The notes: generated by a model from the sequence alone, not told the origin. A DNA stretch of 64,000 bases from Isosphaeraceae bacterium (GCA_965201075.1 CBDAVP010000005.1:124001-188000); one strand, 5' to 3'. Shown: positions 33,099 through 43,648, numbered from the stretch's first letter. Program-made: numbers and translations.

Positions 33099-34271
33099 AT
33101 GGAACGACCGGGTCGGCGCGTGCTCCTGCTGGCCGGACGCCTGACTCCCAGCGAGGTCGAGGCGTTGCGTTCGCTGTTGGAACGGTTGGAAGGGTGCGGG
33201 ATCTCGGCAAGGGTGGCGTGCGTGTCGGGGTGGTTGGGGCCGGGCGGGGTGAATTGCCCATCGCTGGGGTCTCGCTGGCGGTGCCCGCGAGCGGGGCGGG
33301 CAATCCTGGGGACGGACCCTGACGGTCGCCCCGAGTTGATCCATGCGTTGGGGATGGCGACGGCCGGAGCGGCGCTGACCCTCGCGGATGGGTGGGGGAT
33401 TCCCTACCTACTGACGGTGGATGGCTTTCTGGCGACCGGCGGCCGACTGCGGCTGGCGAAACGCTGGTGCCAGGGGCTGGTGGTCGGTTGCCCGGAGCTG
33501 GCCGTCGACCTGGTGACGGGGCTGGGCGTGCCGGTCTCCTGGGTGGAGGTGATCCCCCCTGCCCTGACCTTGCCCGAGCGAGCCTCATCGCTGAGGCCGG
33601 GGCCGGTACGGGTGGTGGGGGTGGCGGCCGGATTGCGGACAGGTTCGGGACTTTCGACGTTCCTGGGAGCCGCGAAGCGGGTGGTCGCGACGGGCCTGGA
33701 TGTGGAGTTCGTCCTGGCCGGGCTCGCTCGGGACGAGGCGGACTTGCGGAGAAGGGCCGAGCGGCTGGGGCTGGCCGGTCGGGTGACGTTCGCCGATGAC
33801 CCGGGACCGCGCGGATTCTTCTGGGAAGTGCTGGATGTGTATTGCCAGCCGTCGGAGGTGGCCGACCCGGGCCGGACGCTGGCGACGGCGATGGGTCACG
33901 GATTGCCTTGCGTCGCGACGGACGTTCCCGGATTGCGGTCGCTAACCGAATCCGGCGCCCTGGCGAGGTTGGTTCCGTCGGGGAACGCGGAGGCCCTGGC
34001 GACGGCGATTTTGGCTCTGCTGGCGGATGGGGAACTGGCGAGGGAACTGGGTCGACGGGGTCGGGCGTCGGTCATGGAACGGTTCAACCCAGTCAGGGGG
34101 GCCGAAGCGCTGACCAACCGGTATTCGCGATGCTGGGTCGGGGCGGAATCGGAGCGATTCGCCAGCCCCGGGCGGATCGGGGACGACGGACCAGCCAGCG
34201 TCAGTATGTCGAAGACCCCAAATGGCTCGGCGGCGGGATCACGAGCGACGAGGACGCGGCATTCTTCCTGA
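33099..34271 (+). CDS. Glycosyltransferase family 4
   Basis: DVYCQPS...LATAMGHGLPCVATDVPG..LVPSGNAEALATAI C-terminal GT-B domain. Confidence 0.8.
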   Translation: MERPGRRVLLLAGRLTPSEVEALRSLLERLEGCGISARVACVSGWLGPGGVNCPSLGSRWRCPRAGRAILGTDPDGRPELIHALGMATAGAALTLADGWGIPYLLTVDGFLATGGRLRLAKRWCQGLVVGCPELAVDLVTGLGVPVSWVEVIPPALTLPERASSLRPGPVRVVGVAAGLRTGSGLSTFLGAAKRVVATGLDVEFVLAGLARDEADLRRRAERLGLAGRVTFADDPGPRGFFWEVLDVYCQPSEVADPGRTLATAMGHGLPCVATDVPGLRSLTESGALARLVPSGNAEALATAILALLADGELARELGRRGRASVMERFNPVRGAEALTNRYSRCWVGAESERFASPGRIGDDGPASVSMSKTPNGSAAGSRATRTRHSS

Positions 34272-34501
34272 CCCTCAGCCGATCCAGGTGCCGGTGGACG
34301 GTTTGAGGGAAAAACGCCACTCGGTTCCAGATTGCCTTGAATCGGTGATCCGTCAAGCCTACCGTTGCCGGAACGGCCCTTCGCGAGCTTCTCCTTCCGG
34401 CGGGGACGGTGGCTTCGGTACGGCATTGACTGTGTTTGATGGCGTATTGGACGAACCGATCCTCTTCGAGACCGTTGACCCTGGTCGACGTGGGGTGTGG
34501 A

Positions 34502-35770
34502 ATGGCCCTGAAGTCAGAAGCGTTCCGGGGCGATCCCCGGTTGGAAGCCGCCGCGGTGTCGGACCCGGCCCATGTGGTGCCGGGGTCGGTCGGGGATCAC
34601 GTCGCCAAGATTCAGCGGGCGTTGAACCGACTGGATGGGGCGAGGCTTGATGTTGATGGGGTTTATGGCTCGGCGACGGCGGCGGCGGTGTTTGCGTTCA
34701 AGACGGGGCGGAATCTGGTCAACCGGAGCTATCAGGCGTCGGCGGACAACATCGTCGGCAAAATGACGATGGCGGCGCTGGACGAGGGGATGGCGGCGGA
34801 CGAGTCGACGCCGCTCGTGCTTCAAACGCTGTACCCGGCGCCGAGACCGCCGAGTCTGGGCCTACAGGGCGGGCTGAGGTTGGGGTTCGCGATCTCGTTA
34901 GCGGGATTCGCGGACCTGGCCCCCTCGGCCGTGCCGAATTTGCTGCCGACGACGCCCCCTTCTGGAGATATCGACCAAATCGAGGTCATCATCCCCCGGA
35001 CCGGGTTCGGAACGTTCCAGGTCGTGCTGGGGAATGGGTCGACCGTGAGCCGGGTCCAGCGGACTTCGTTCTTTTGGGGCCGAGGAAAGAATGACTTCCA
35101 GGTCGCGGCGCTCCGAGGAGCCAAGCAGAAACAGCGGGACCGGGAGGATCTGGACATTCTCCAGGACCTGACGACGGTCACCTACGAGGCGTTGGCTTGT
35201 GGCGAGACGTTTTTCTCGGCCTGGATGGATTCGCCGAAGAAGACCTCGAAGATATTGCGGGTCCTTTCTCTGGTGGAGAAGGCGACGCCCATGACCCTGC
35301 CGCCCGGGGATTATTCCCCCGACCCGGTCTTCACCTCCGGCTTGATGTCGAAAGCGGGAACACCCCTGAATCCGCGTCCAGGGCGGAAGATCAACATCTT
35401 TGGGGAGGGGGAAAGCGCCGGGTTCGAGGAGTATTCGACGGACATCGATTACTGCAGCCATGGCTTTTCCAACGGTAACGGGCCCGCCGGGGTATCGTTC
35501 GGCAACCGCCCCTGGACCAACGACCCGAGGAAGCCCCCGGGAATCGCCGACCACTCGGTGGACAACCTTTGCTGCCGAGGGAGCCCGATCAAGCCGGTTA
35601 CGATCCAGGAAATCCTGAGGATCGGCAAGAGCGGGTGCCGGGTGACTTATTACGAAGGCGGTGGTCAGGTCTCCTGCAACGCATTGAAGGCGGGACTGAA
35701 AGGCGCCACGGTCGTCGAGGAGCACGACACGGCGAAAGGGGGCCGGGGAATCATTCTGGAAATGGCCTGA
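34502..35770 (+). CDS. Peptidoglycan-binding domain protein with uncharacterised C-terminal domains
   Basis: GSVGDHVAKIQRAL..DGVYGSATAAAVFAFK..DNIVGKMTMAALD (PG_binding_1-like). Confidence 0.75.
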   Translation: MALKSEAFRGDPRLEAAAVSDPAHVVPGSVGDHVAKIQRALNRLDGARLDVDGVYGSATAAAVFAFKTGRNLVNRSYQASADNIVGKMTMAALDEGMAADESTPLVLQTLYPAPRPPSLGLQGGLRLGFAISLAGFADLAPSAVPNLLPTTPPSGDIDQIEVIIPRTGFGTFQVVLGNGSTVSRVQRTSFFWGRGKNDFQVAALRGAKQKQRDREDLDILQDLTTVTYEALACGETFFSAWMDSPKKTSKILRVLSLVEKATPMTLPPGDYSPDPVFTSGLMSKAGTPLNPRPGRKINIFGEGESAGFEEYSTDIDYCSHGFSNGNGPAGVSFGNRPWTNDPRKPPGIADHSVDNLCCRGSPIKPVTIQEILRIGKSGCRVTYYEGGGQVSCNALKAGLKGATVVEEHDTAKGGRGIILEMA

Positions 35771-35788
35771 GCGGCGATGGGGACCGCG

Positions 35789-36724
35789 TCAGTCGCTGGC
35801 GAGTGCCTGGGAGGCGTGGGCCAGGCGACGCTCATAAACCTTGGCCCAGCAGAGGAAGTCGTAGAAGGCGAGCAAGGTGCAGAAAGCCAGGCCGGGCAGG
35901 CCGTCGAGGAAGCCCAGGCGCAGGACGTAGGCGTAGAAAAAGCGGGCGGCGGGCCTCATGGGGAGGCGGAGGTAGAGCTTTTTCAAGCGGCGCTTGAGGC
36001 GCTTGGCGCCGCCGATGGAGGCGGGAATCGGCTCTCGGAGAAAGCGTTCGTACTGAGAGGCTTCCCAGGTGGCGTAACGGTCGTGCTTCTCGACCCAGGC
36101 AGAGATGGAGGGATAGGCGAAGTGGTCGAGCTCGTGGTGGAGATGGGTGACGCGGCCGTTGAGTTCGACGTGTTCGTGGGCTTCGTTGTCGCCAGTGCGG
36201 TCGCCGGGGGTGACGGGCATCTTTTCATAGCGGCCCAGGCGGTGCTTGAACAGGCGGAGGTTCCACGCCTCGGCGTAACCGCAATGCTTGATGCGGCGGC
36301 CGAGGAAGTAATATTTCATGTTCAACTCGAAGCCGTCAGCCTCGTCGGCGGCGGTGCGGCGGCCGATCTCGTCAGCGAGTTCGGGGACGACGACCTCGTC
36401 GGCGTCGACGATCAGAACCCATTCGTTGCGAAAGGGAAGGTGGTCGAGGGCCCAGTTCTTCTTTTTGGGGTAGGTGCCGTTGAAGCAGAACTGGATGAGG
36501 TGGGCGCCGTGAGCCTCGACGACCTGGGCGGTCTCGTCGGTGCTGCCGCTGTCGACGACGAAGACCTCGTCGGCCCAGTCGAGGGCAGGGAGGCAGCGTC
36601 GGAGATTGGCGGCTTCATTTTTGGCGGGGACCAGGACGCTGACCCGGGCCCTGGCGGTTGGGGTGTCATTGGTGGGGGCGGCTGGGGAGCCGCGGTGTTG
36701 AGGTGAGAGGGTGGTGGCGGGCAT
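35789..36724 (-). CDS. Glycosyltransferase family 2
   Basis: VSVLVPAKNE, VVDSGSTDET, KNWAL, WVLIVDADE, AHEH. Confidence 0.92.
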   Translation of the reverse strand: MPATTLSPQHRGSPAAPTNDTPTARARVSVLVPAKNEAANLRRCLPALDWADEVFVVDSGSTDETAQVVEAHGAHLIQFCFNGTYPKKKNWALDHLPFRNEWVLIVDADEVVVPELADEIGRRTAADEADGFELNMKYYFLGRRIKHCGYAEAWNLRLFKHRLGRYEKMPVTPGDRTGDNEAHEHVELNGRVTHLHHELDHFAYPSISAWVEKHDRYATWEASQYERFLREPIPASIGGAKRLKRRLKKLYLRLPMRPAARFFYAYVLRLGFLDGLPGLAFCTLLAFYDFLCWAKVYERRLAHASQALASD

Positions 36725-36770
36725 CGCGGGACCTCGGGCCTGATTGGGGTGGATGAGGAGACGCGGCGAG

Positions 36771-37988
36771 TTAGCCCTTGGGACGGACCGGGCGGGGGTT
36801 GTCGACCAGATCAACGGCTTCGGGTTTCGGGCCTCTCTGTGCCATCCATCGGTAGACTTCGTCGAGTCGGGTGGCCTGGCGGTCCCAGGTGTAGTCCGCT
36901 TCCACGAGGGCCCGACCGATCTTTCCGAGTTCCCCTCGCTGAGAGGGGGAGCGGTCGAGCAGGTCGTGGAGGCCGGCGGTGACGTCCGGAGCGTTGGGCT
37001 CGACGACGATCCCTCCGCCTGCGCTGGAGAGTTCGGGGAAGTGGCAGGTGGTGGTGGTGAGGGTGGGGAGTCGGCAGGCAAGGGCTTCGAGGATCGCCAT
37101 GCTGAAGCCTTCGCTGTAGCTGGGCAGGACGAAGGCGTCGGCGGCGGCCCAAACCTGGCGGGCCCGCTCTCCGGAGACGTGGCCGAGGGTCGTCACACGG
37201 TCGCCAAGACCGTCGGCGTGAGTTCGTTCGAGGAACGGGGTCAAGGCCCCGTCGTCGAAACCGGCCAGGAGGATGTGAAGGTCGGGATGGTCGGCGGCAG
37301 TGGCCTTGAGGGCGTGGGCCAGGAGGTCGAGCCCTTTTTTGCGGTGGAGGCGGCCGAAGAAGAGCAGGACGAACTTGCCGGCAAGTTGAGGAAACTCGAC
37401 TTCGAGGTCGTGGCGGGGCGGGAGGTTGTCGAAAGGGCGAAGGTCGACGCCGTTGGGAATGAAGGCGACGGGGGCCTTGGGGGCGAGGGCTCGGAGGTGG
37501 CCGATCTCGGGGCGAGAGAGGGCGTGCAGGCAAGCGGCTCGACGGAGGTTTTTTCCTTCAATCAACGCCGTGTAAGCCCGCTTTTTCCAGGCTTTGTGGC
37601 GGAGGGCCCAGGGCTCGGCGTGGCCGTGGGCCGTGATCACGTAGGGAACACCGGCGAGGCGGGCGGCGCGGGCACCTCTGCGGGTGTGTCCTTGCCAGAG
37701 GCCGTGGAGGTGGACGACCTCGGCCTGTCGGACGGCGCTCTCCAGGTCGGTCTCGACTCCGTGGAGGGTGACGCCGGTCGGCAAAGGGGTGCCGTCGAGT
37801 CGCGAGGGGGTGGGGGTAACGATGCGGATGGGTGAACCGAGTCTGGAGAGGGCTCCGGTCATGCCGAGGATGCTCGGGACCATGCCGCCGTCTCGGCGAG
37901 GGTCGAGGCCGTTGCAGAGGTGGACGCGGCGGTCGTTTGACGGGAGCGGTGAGGGCACGGGGGCTCGGGTGGTCAACGTCGAGGTCAT
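36771..37988 (-). CDS. Glycosyltransferase family 4
   Basis: HLHGLW, IPNGVD, FGRLHRKKGLD, FVLPSYSEGFSMAILEALAC. Confidence 0.92.
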   Translation of the reverse strand: MTSTLTTRAPVPSPLPSNDRRVHLCNGLDPRRDGGMVPSILGMTGALSRLGSPIRIVTPTPSRLDGTPLPTGVTLHGVETDLESAVRQAEVVHLHGLWQGHTRRGARAARLAGVPYVITAHGHAEPWALRHKAWKKRAYTALIEGKNLRRAACLHALSRPEIGHLRALAPKAPVAFIPNGVDLRPFDNLPPRHDLEVEFPQLAGKFVLLFFGRLHRKKGLDLLAHALKATAADHPDLHILLAGFDDGALTPFLERTHADGLGDRVTTLGHVSGERARQVWAAADAFVLPSYSEGFSMAILEALACRLPTLTTTTCHFPELSSAGGGIVVEPNAPDVTAGLHDLLDRSPSQRGELGKIGRALVEADYTWDRQATRLDEVYRWMAQRGPKPEAVDLVDNPRPVRPKG

Positions 37989-38026
37989 GGCGGGGTCCTT
38001 CCCGGGTGGGTCTCGTCGGGGGCGGA

Positions 38027-39292
38027 TCAGGCTCGGGCGAGGGTTTCGCGGGCGGATCGTGGGCGAAGGACTCTCGGGCGGGTGGAGGCTGCGACGGTGG
38101 TTCTCTGGGTGTGGTTGAAAGCCAGTGTGAGCGCCTCGGTCATGCCGAGGGCAAAGCGGTCCGGTCCCCACTGAGAGACGGTTTCGACGGCGTTATGCCC
38201 CATCTCGGCAAGGCGTTCGGCGGGAGTCGTGGCCATCTGGGTGAGGGCCTGAACCATCGCGGTCTCGTCGCGTGGGTCGAATCGGTAGCCGGTGGTGCCG
38301 GGAGGGTCGGGGACAAGGGTTTCAACGCAGCCGGCGCGGTCGGAGACCAGCAAGGGGAGCCCACAAGCGGCGGCCTCGTTGACGACCAGACCCCAGGGTT
38401 CCATCTGGCTCGGGTGGACGAAGGCCGAGGCGTGGGCGTGCCAGCGCGCCAGGGCATCGGCCTGGAGAAACCCGGGGCGGTGGATGGTTGAGGCGACGGG
38501 GCTGTGGGCAATCGCCGATTCGACCTCGGAGGCGTCGGGTCCGTCTCCGCAGAGGACCAGGTCCCATGAGGATTCGTCGGGGTCCGTCGCTCGGTACTGG
38601 GTGTAAGCCCGGACCAGGCCGCAAAGGTTTTTCTCGGGAACAAAGCGGCTGACGGCGAGAAAGTACGGGCGGGCGGGGAGGCCGTTTCGGGAGGATGGGT
38701 CCCGGCGGGCGGCGTCAGCGGCTCGGGCGATGCCAGCGTTATCGACGGCGTTGTAGCCCAGGGTGATCCTTGAGGCCGGTATCCCCAGGGAGACGAGGTA
38801 GTCGCGATGGCGAGGCCCGCCGACGAGGGCCGCGGCGATGGGGCGAAGACGCCCGCGCTTGATGGCCTCTTTCCACCAGGTACGGGGGTGGTCGATCCTC
38901 TGGCTTTCGGACAGGAGTAGGGCGGGAACTCCGACGGATTTGGCCCAGGACAGGGCCGCCAATGACTCGGGCCGGGTGTAGCCGACAATGGCGACGGCGT
39001 CGGGACGGTCGCGGTGCAGGGCGTCGCGGATGGCGTTGGCGCAGGAGCGGTTCGGCAGGGATTCGACGGCCCGGCCGGGGAAAAAGGTCGTCCACGAGAA
39101 CGGCTCGGCGCGACGGGTGGTCAGCCAGGGGTAGCGGCGTTCGGACCCGGCGGTTTCGTAAGCGAGGAGTTCGCCGCCGTCCTGAGCGAGGGCATCGGCC
39201 AGGGCCCGGAGGCGGGCAAGGTGGTAGGGGCCGAAGTTGGTGAACGAGATCGCCAGTTTCAAGGGACCGCCTCCTTGCGGTTCGGGGTTCAC
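38027..39292 (-). CDS. Glycosyltransferase family 4
   Basis: YNAVDN, VSRFVPEKN, FVHPSQMEPWGLVVNEAAACGLP. Confidence 0.92.
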   Translation of the reverse strand: MNPEPQGGGPLKLAISFTNFGPYHLARLRALADALAQDGGELLAYETAGSERRYPWLTTRRAEPFSWTTFFPGRAVESLPNRSCANAIRDALHRDRPDAVAIVGYTRPESLAALSWAKSVGVPALLLSESQRIDHPRTWWKEAIKRGRLRPIAAALVGGPRHRDYLVSLGIPASRITLGYNAVDNAGIARAADAARRDPSSRNGLPARPYFLAVSRFVPEKNLCGLVRAYTQYRATDPDESSWDLVLCGDGPDASEVESAIAHSPVASTIHRPGFLQADALARWHAHASAFVHPSQMEPWGLVVNEAAACGLPLLVSDRAGCVETLVPDPPGTTGYRFDPRDETAMVQALTQMATTPAERLAEMGHNAVETVSQWGPDRFALGMTEALTLAFNHTQRTTVAASTRPRVLRPRSARETLARA

Positions 39293-40669
39293 TCAGGCGG
39301 GGGCGTGTGCCATTGTCCAGTTCGGCAGCGATGCGGGAACCGGCGCCGACAGGCGGTTGTAGAGCCAGAGGAACGCCAGCGGGGGCAACGTGGTGTGGCC
39401 GTAGATGTAGTAGAACCAGACGAAGGGGTCGTCATTGGCGGTCATCAACCAGGCGTTGTAATACGTCAGGGCCCACCAGGCCTGGGCCCAGGGGCAGGTC
39501 GCGAAGCGTCGGTAATACTGATAAGCGGTGCTCATCAGCAGGGAAAGGATTCCCAGAACGACGAGGGTGCCGAAGGCTCCGCCGTTGAGCTGGGTCGCGC
39601 CGAGGACCCCGATCGCCGGGCCGGTGAAGGCGTCGTTGCGGGGAAATTCGGAGCCGGCGATCCAGGCGGCCACCCACTGCCGCCGCCCGTAATACGGCTT
39701 GTCGGTCCAGATCACGCGGGGGATGTAAGTGGAGATGAGGCGCATGTACGACTCACCGTAGTCGTACTCGGCCTTATCGGGGACGGTGGTGAACATCAGC
39801 AAGAAGCCGCCGTATTCCTCGGTCTCCTTGCTCGCCTTTTCCTTGATGTACTTGTCGGACTCGTCGCGCTCGGCCATGTTCGCGCTGACCAGAACCCCCT
39901 GCGGGTCGAATTCGCTCAGGTACTGGACGAAGCCGGAGACGCTGCGTTCGTAGTTGGGGTTGCCTCGCCAGCCGATGGCGATGCCGACGGCCAGGGCACA
40001 GGCGACTCCGGTGGCGCCCAGGACCGGCAGCGAGGGCTTCTTGAAGCGTGGCAGGTGGTAGGCGCAAACGCAGGTGAGGACGCCAATCAGCGAGTGCGAC
40101 CGTTTGCCGTTGAACATCCAGATCAAAGAGTACATGGACGCCGTCGCCACCCCGAGCCATGCCAGGGCCGGGCGGGGGTGGTCGGGCTGGCGTCCGGTGA
40201 CGATTAGCAGGATGCCAGCGACGAGCATGAAAATGGGAAACTGCCGCAGCAGGTCGACCTCGGCCGAGGCCGCCGCGTCGTTGCTCTGGGACAGCAGCAG
40301 GCCCGAGCAGGCCAGTCCCCAGACCACCATCGGCGGGGCCATGCCACAAACTAGGCGGGGCGACCACGATCGCGGCGCCGCGGGCAACTTCGACGCGATC
40401 CATCGTCCCAGAGGGCTGTAATAAACGGCCAAAAACCAGCAAAGGGCCCAGAGGATGCGGAGGTGGGCCAGTGTCAACTGCTCGGGGCCGTGGACGCGAA
40501 CGGCCCATTCGCGAAACGAGATCGGCTGGACGATGTAGATCTGGGTGAATCCGGCCAGGAACAGCCAGTGGGGAGCGAATGGGTCGAACCGCTTGCGAAA
40601 GACCTGGGACAGGACCAGCAGGCCGATGATCGCCGCCGTCGCGTAGGTGAGCAACTGGTCGGTGGCCAT
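39293..40669 (-). CDS. Polytopic membrane protein, probable Wzy-like polysaccharide polymerase
   Basis: About 10 TMs, G.RS motif, periplasmic loop with YGESY..IPRVIW.DKP; position among glycosyltransferases. Confidence 0.7.
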   Translation of the reverse strand: MATDQLLTYATAAIIGLLVLSQVFRKRFDPFAPHWLFLAGFTQIYIVQPISFREWAVRVHGPEQLTLAHLRILWALCWFLAVYYSPLGRWIASKLPAAPRSWSPRLVCGMAPPMVVWGLACSGLLLSQSNDAAASAEVDLLRQFPIFMLVAGILLIVTGRQPDHPRPALAWLGVATASMYSLIWMFNGKRSHSLIGVLTCVCAYHLPRFKKPSLPVLGATGVACALAVGIAIGWRGNPNYERSVSGFVQYLSEFDPQGVLVSANMAERDESDKYIKEKASKETEEYGGFLLMFTTVPDKAEYDYGESYMRLISTYIPRVIWTDKPYYGRRQWVAAWIAGSEFPRNDAFTGPAIGVLGATQLNGGAFGTLVVLGILSLLMSTAYQYYRRFATCPWAQAWWALTYYNAWLMTANDDPFVWFYYIYGHTTLPPLAFLWLYNRLSAPVPASLPNWTMAHAPA

Positions 40670-40717
40670 GATCCGAAGCCTCTGCCGTGGATTGCCGGGT
40701 CGAGGATGGGTGGGTGA

Positions 40718-42097
40718 TTAGCGGGCAATCGGCGAACGGGGCTCGACGGCGATCTGGATGGCTCGGCGGACCGCGTCCTGGTAACGCGGCCAGTCAAAAG
40801 CGAGGGCTCGGGCCCTCGCGGCGAGGGCGAAGGAATGGCGTAGGTCGGGATGCTGGCCGAGGGTTTCGATCGCGGAGACCAAGGCGTCGATGTCCCTGGA
40901 GGGGACGACCAATCCCTCGACACCGTGGCGAGCGACTGAGCCGGCGGCTTCGGTGACGATATTGGGAAGGCCGCAGGCCAGGGCCTCATAGGTCACGACG
41001 GCCGAGCCCTCGAAAAGCGAGGGGAACACAAAAACGTCGGCCGCGGCCATGACCGCCGGGACGTCACCGTGACCGACCCGGCCGAGCCATTCCACATGGT
41101 CTCGGTACGATTCCAGGGGGCGGGGATCGTTCGGCGGAACGCCCAGCAACTGGAGCTTCCAGCCAGGTCGTCTCGCTCGGTTCCAGGCTTGCAGGAGGTA
41201 GCCGATCCCTTTTCTCTGGGTAATTCCCCCGGCGAACAGAAACGTACAGGTGGTTTTTTGGAAGCGTTTTTGATCGTTTGGAGCGAATCGCCGCGTATCG
41301 GCCGCGTAAGGGATGACCTGGATTCGGTTCGGGTCGGTGCCGTGGCGGGCCAGTTCCTCGGCGATGTGAGGGGAGGGGACGAGGATGCGGTCGGCCAGGG
41401 CGATGTCCTGGAGGCGACGTTCGTGGAGCCAGGTCATCTCCCCTTCGTCAATCGGCCCGTCGCCGAGGTAGATGGGGAAAAACTCGGGGGCGGTTTCACG
41501 CTCGATTCGCAAGACCTCGCGTTCCTCGCGGACATCGCCGTGGACCATGCTGAGGACGGCCGGGGTGCCGAGCTCTCGGCAGGCGGGGAGGGCGAATTCG
41601 GAGCCGACGTCGCTGAAGATCAAAGCGGCGTCGGGCCGTCGTTGACGGAGGAGCTTGGCGAGAGACCGGTCGAACCGTCGGGTCCGTCGGCGGGCGAGGG
41701 CAGTTCGAGCCACCGGATGATCGCGGGCGAGGCGGCTTTCGGCGGCGAGGGCCAGGTCGAAGCTCCAGGCCGAGCGGACGCGGCCGGGCGGGATCTCGGG
41801 GTGGTGGCGACGCGCGAGAGTTTTCCGCCAGCCGCGGGCGGCGCAGGGGGCGATCTGGCCGGCGAGAGCCGAGAGGGGGCCTTCGCCGCGGTGATAAAAG
41901 CCGGTCAGGAACCGGTCGAGTTGGTGGCTGGCCGTCAGCCCGGCGACGGCCTGATAGGCGGGGGGACGGGCGTCGGGACAGCCGACAACCACGACCGGCT
42001 CGGCCCGGTCGCTCTGGTGGGTCGGGTCGCGTTCGAGGGGCGCGGGCGCGAGGGCGGTGGGCACGCGATCGTCCTTTGATCTCGTCAGCGGGGCCAA
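40718..42097 (-). CDS. Glycosyltransferase family 4 (start uncertain)
   Basis: FLFAGGITQRKG, VFVFPSLFEGSAVVTYEALACGLP. Confidence 0.9.
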   Translation of the reverse strand: MAPLTRSKDDRVPTALAPAPLERDPTHQSDRAEPVVVVGCPDARPPAYQAVAGLTASHQLDRFLTGFYHRGEGPLSALAGQIAPCAARGWRKTLARRHHPEIPPGRVRSAWSFDLALAAESRLARDHPVARTALARRRTRRFDRSLAKLLRQRRPDAALIFSDVGSEFALPACRELGTPAVLSMVHGDVREEREVLRIERETAPEFFPIYLGDGPIDEGEMTWLHERRLQDIALADRILVPSPHIAEELARHGTDPNRIQVIPYAADTRRFAPNDQKRFQKTTCTFLFAGGITQRKGIGYLLQAWNRARRPGWKLQLLGVPPNDPRPLESYRDHVEWLGRVGHGDVPAVMAAADVFVFPSLFEGSAVVTYEALACGLPNIVTEAAGSVARHGVEGLVVPSRDIDALVSAIETLGQHPDLRHSFALAARARALAFDWPRYQDAVRRAIQIAVEPRSPIAR

Positions 42098-42171
42098 TCC
42101 TTGGCGATGGCGGTCATCTTAGAGGCGGGCCCCGGCGGCTGTCAACGCCGCTTGGAGGACCGTTAGGCCCA

Positions 42172-43566
42172 TCAAAAGTCGATCGTTCGTCCCTGGAGAT
42201 CGGCCGGGACGTCGAGGCCAAACAGCCTCAGGACCGTGGGGGTGACGTCCATCAGTTGCATGCCGGCGATTGGCCCTCGATGAGGGATGCCTGGGCCGTT
42301 CAGGATCAGCAGGCCGTCCTGGGCGTGGTTGGCGTCGTCGGGGCCGGTATCGTTCTCAAAGGTGTGAATCGGCCCGCCGACGGTTCCGACCGATCTCCAG
42401 CGGAGGTTGCCGAAGTAGACGAATAGGTCGGGCGGGGCGGCGCCTCGGACTTCTCGGTAGAGCGTCTCGGGACGGTGGACCCTTGTGCCGATCGGCTGGC
42501 CGTTGGGGTCGCCCAGGGCCTCGAGTTCCGCGATGAGTTTGTCGCGGGTCGCCTCGTACTGGTCGGCCGGAATGATCCCTTGAGGCTCCCGTCCCAGGAC
42601 GTTCAGGAAAAGGCGGCCGTAGTAACCTCCCGCGCCCCAGGCGGTGGTTTTGGTCCAGTCGATCTTGAGGGCTTCCAGCCGTGATGGCTTGGTGGGCGGC
42701 TCTTCCAGGACGAGGTAGCCTTGCTGGATCAGCCAGTCGTTGATGGCGATCCCGCCGTCCATTCGCTGGGCTCCATGGTCGGAGACGACCAGGACGTGGG
42801 TGTCGGGCGGCAGGTTTTCGAGAAGTTGGCCGATCTGATCGTCAACGTGCTCATAATAGTCGCCCATCACCCCTTCGTAGGGGTTGCCGGGCTCGAAGCG
42901 GTGGTGCTCGGGGTCGAAATACTGCCAGAAGGCGTGATGGACGCGGTCGGTGCCCATCTCGACCATCATGAAGAAGTCCCAGGGCTTGGATTTGACGAGG
43001 TGGCGGGCCAGGGCGAACCGCTTATCGGTCATACGGACCAGTCCGTCGCGAATTTTTCCCTTGTCGGGCGTGCGGAAGTCGCTGATGTCGAACTCGTAGG
43101 GGTGGACGTCGGGTAGCGCCGCGATCTCGGCCTTGAGTTCGGCGGGGTAGGTGTAGTTCGACTCGATCGATGGGGTGAGAAAGTCGGTGACCATCAGGCC
43201 GTTAACAGGCCGGGGCGGGTAGGTTTGCGGAACTCCCAGGAGGATGACCTGCTTGCCAGCGTCGCCGAGACGGTCCCAGAGGAGCGGTTCCTTGACGGCC
43301 AGGGAGGTGGCCGTGGTCATCTTGTCGTAGGAATGGTCGGCGCGGTTGCGGAAGCCATAGTAGCCGAGGGTTCCGGGCTCCTTGCCCGACATCATCGACA
43401 TCCAGGCGGGGACGGTGATCGGCGGGTCGCAACTGCGCAGCTTGCCCCAAAATCCGCCGTCGCGCAGCTTCGTAAGGTTGGGCAGGCGGTCGGCGAAGCG
43501 GTCGAAGACCAAAGACGGCTCGGCGCAATCGAGGCCGATGATCGCGACCTTGGTGGCGGAATTCAT
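42172..43566 (-). CDS. Alkaline-phosphatase-superfamily protein (type I phosphodiesterase/nucleotide pyrophosphatase-like)
   Basis: IIGLDCA, PPITVPAW, TDRVHH.FW, VVSDHG, DDANH. Confidence 0.88.
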   Translation of the reverse strand: MNSATKVAIIGLDCAEPSLVFDRFADRLPNLTKLRDGGFWGKLRSCDPPITVPAWMSMMSGKEPGTLGYYGFRNRADHSYDKMTTATSLAVKEPLLWDRLGDAGKQVILLGVPQTYPPRPVNGLMVTDFLTPSIESNYTYPAELKAEIAALPDVHPYEFDISDFRTPDKGKIRDGLVRMTDKRFALARHLVKSKPWDFFMMVEMGTDRVHHAFWQYFDPEHHRFEPGNPYEGVMGDYYEHVDDQIGQLLENLPPDTHVLVVSDHGAQRMDGGIAINDWLIQQGYLVLEEPPTKPSRLEALKIDWTKTTAWGAGGYYGRLFLNVLGREPQGIIPADQYEATRDKLIAELEALGDPNGQPIGTRVHRPETLYREVRGAAPPDLFVYFGNLRWRSVGTVGGPIHTFENDTGPDDANHAQDGLLILNGPGIPHRGPIAGMQLMDVTPTVLRLFGLDVPADLQGRTIDF

Positions 43567-43648
43567 GGGCGTCCGTTCCCGGGTGCAAGCCTCGGAGATG
43601 GTAACCCGCCCCATCATTGATGAGGGGGCGGGGACCGGCGTTTGACTT

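Noticed and set aside
32908..33588. Pro-rich N-terminal extension of MoxR
   Set aside because: Overlaps the divergent GT4 gene; a high-GC open-frame artefact
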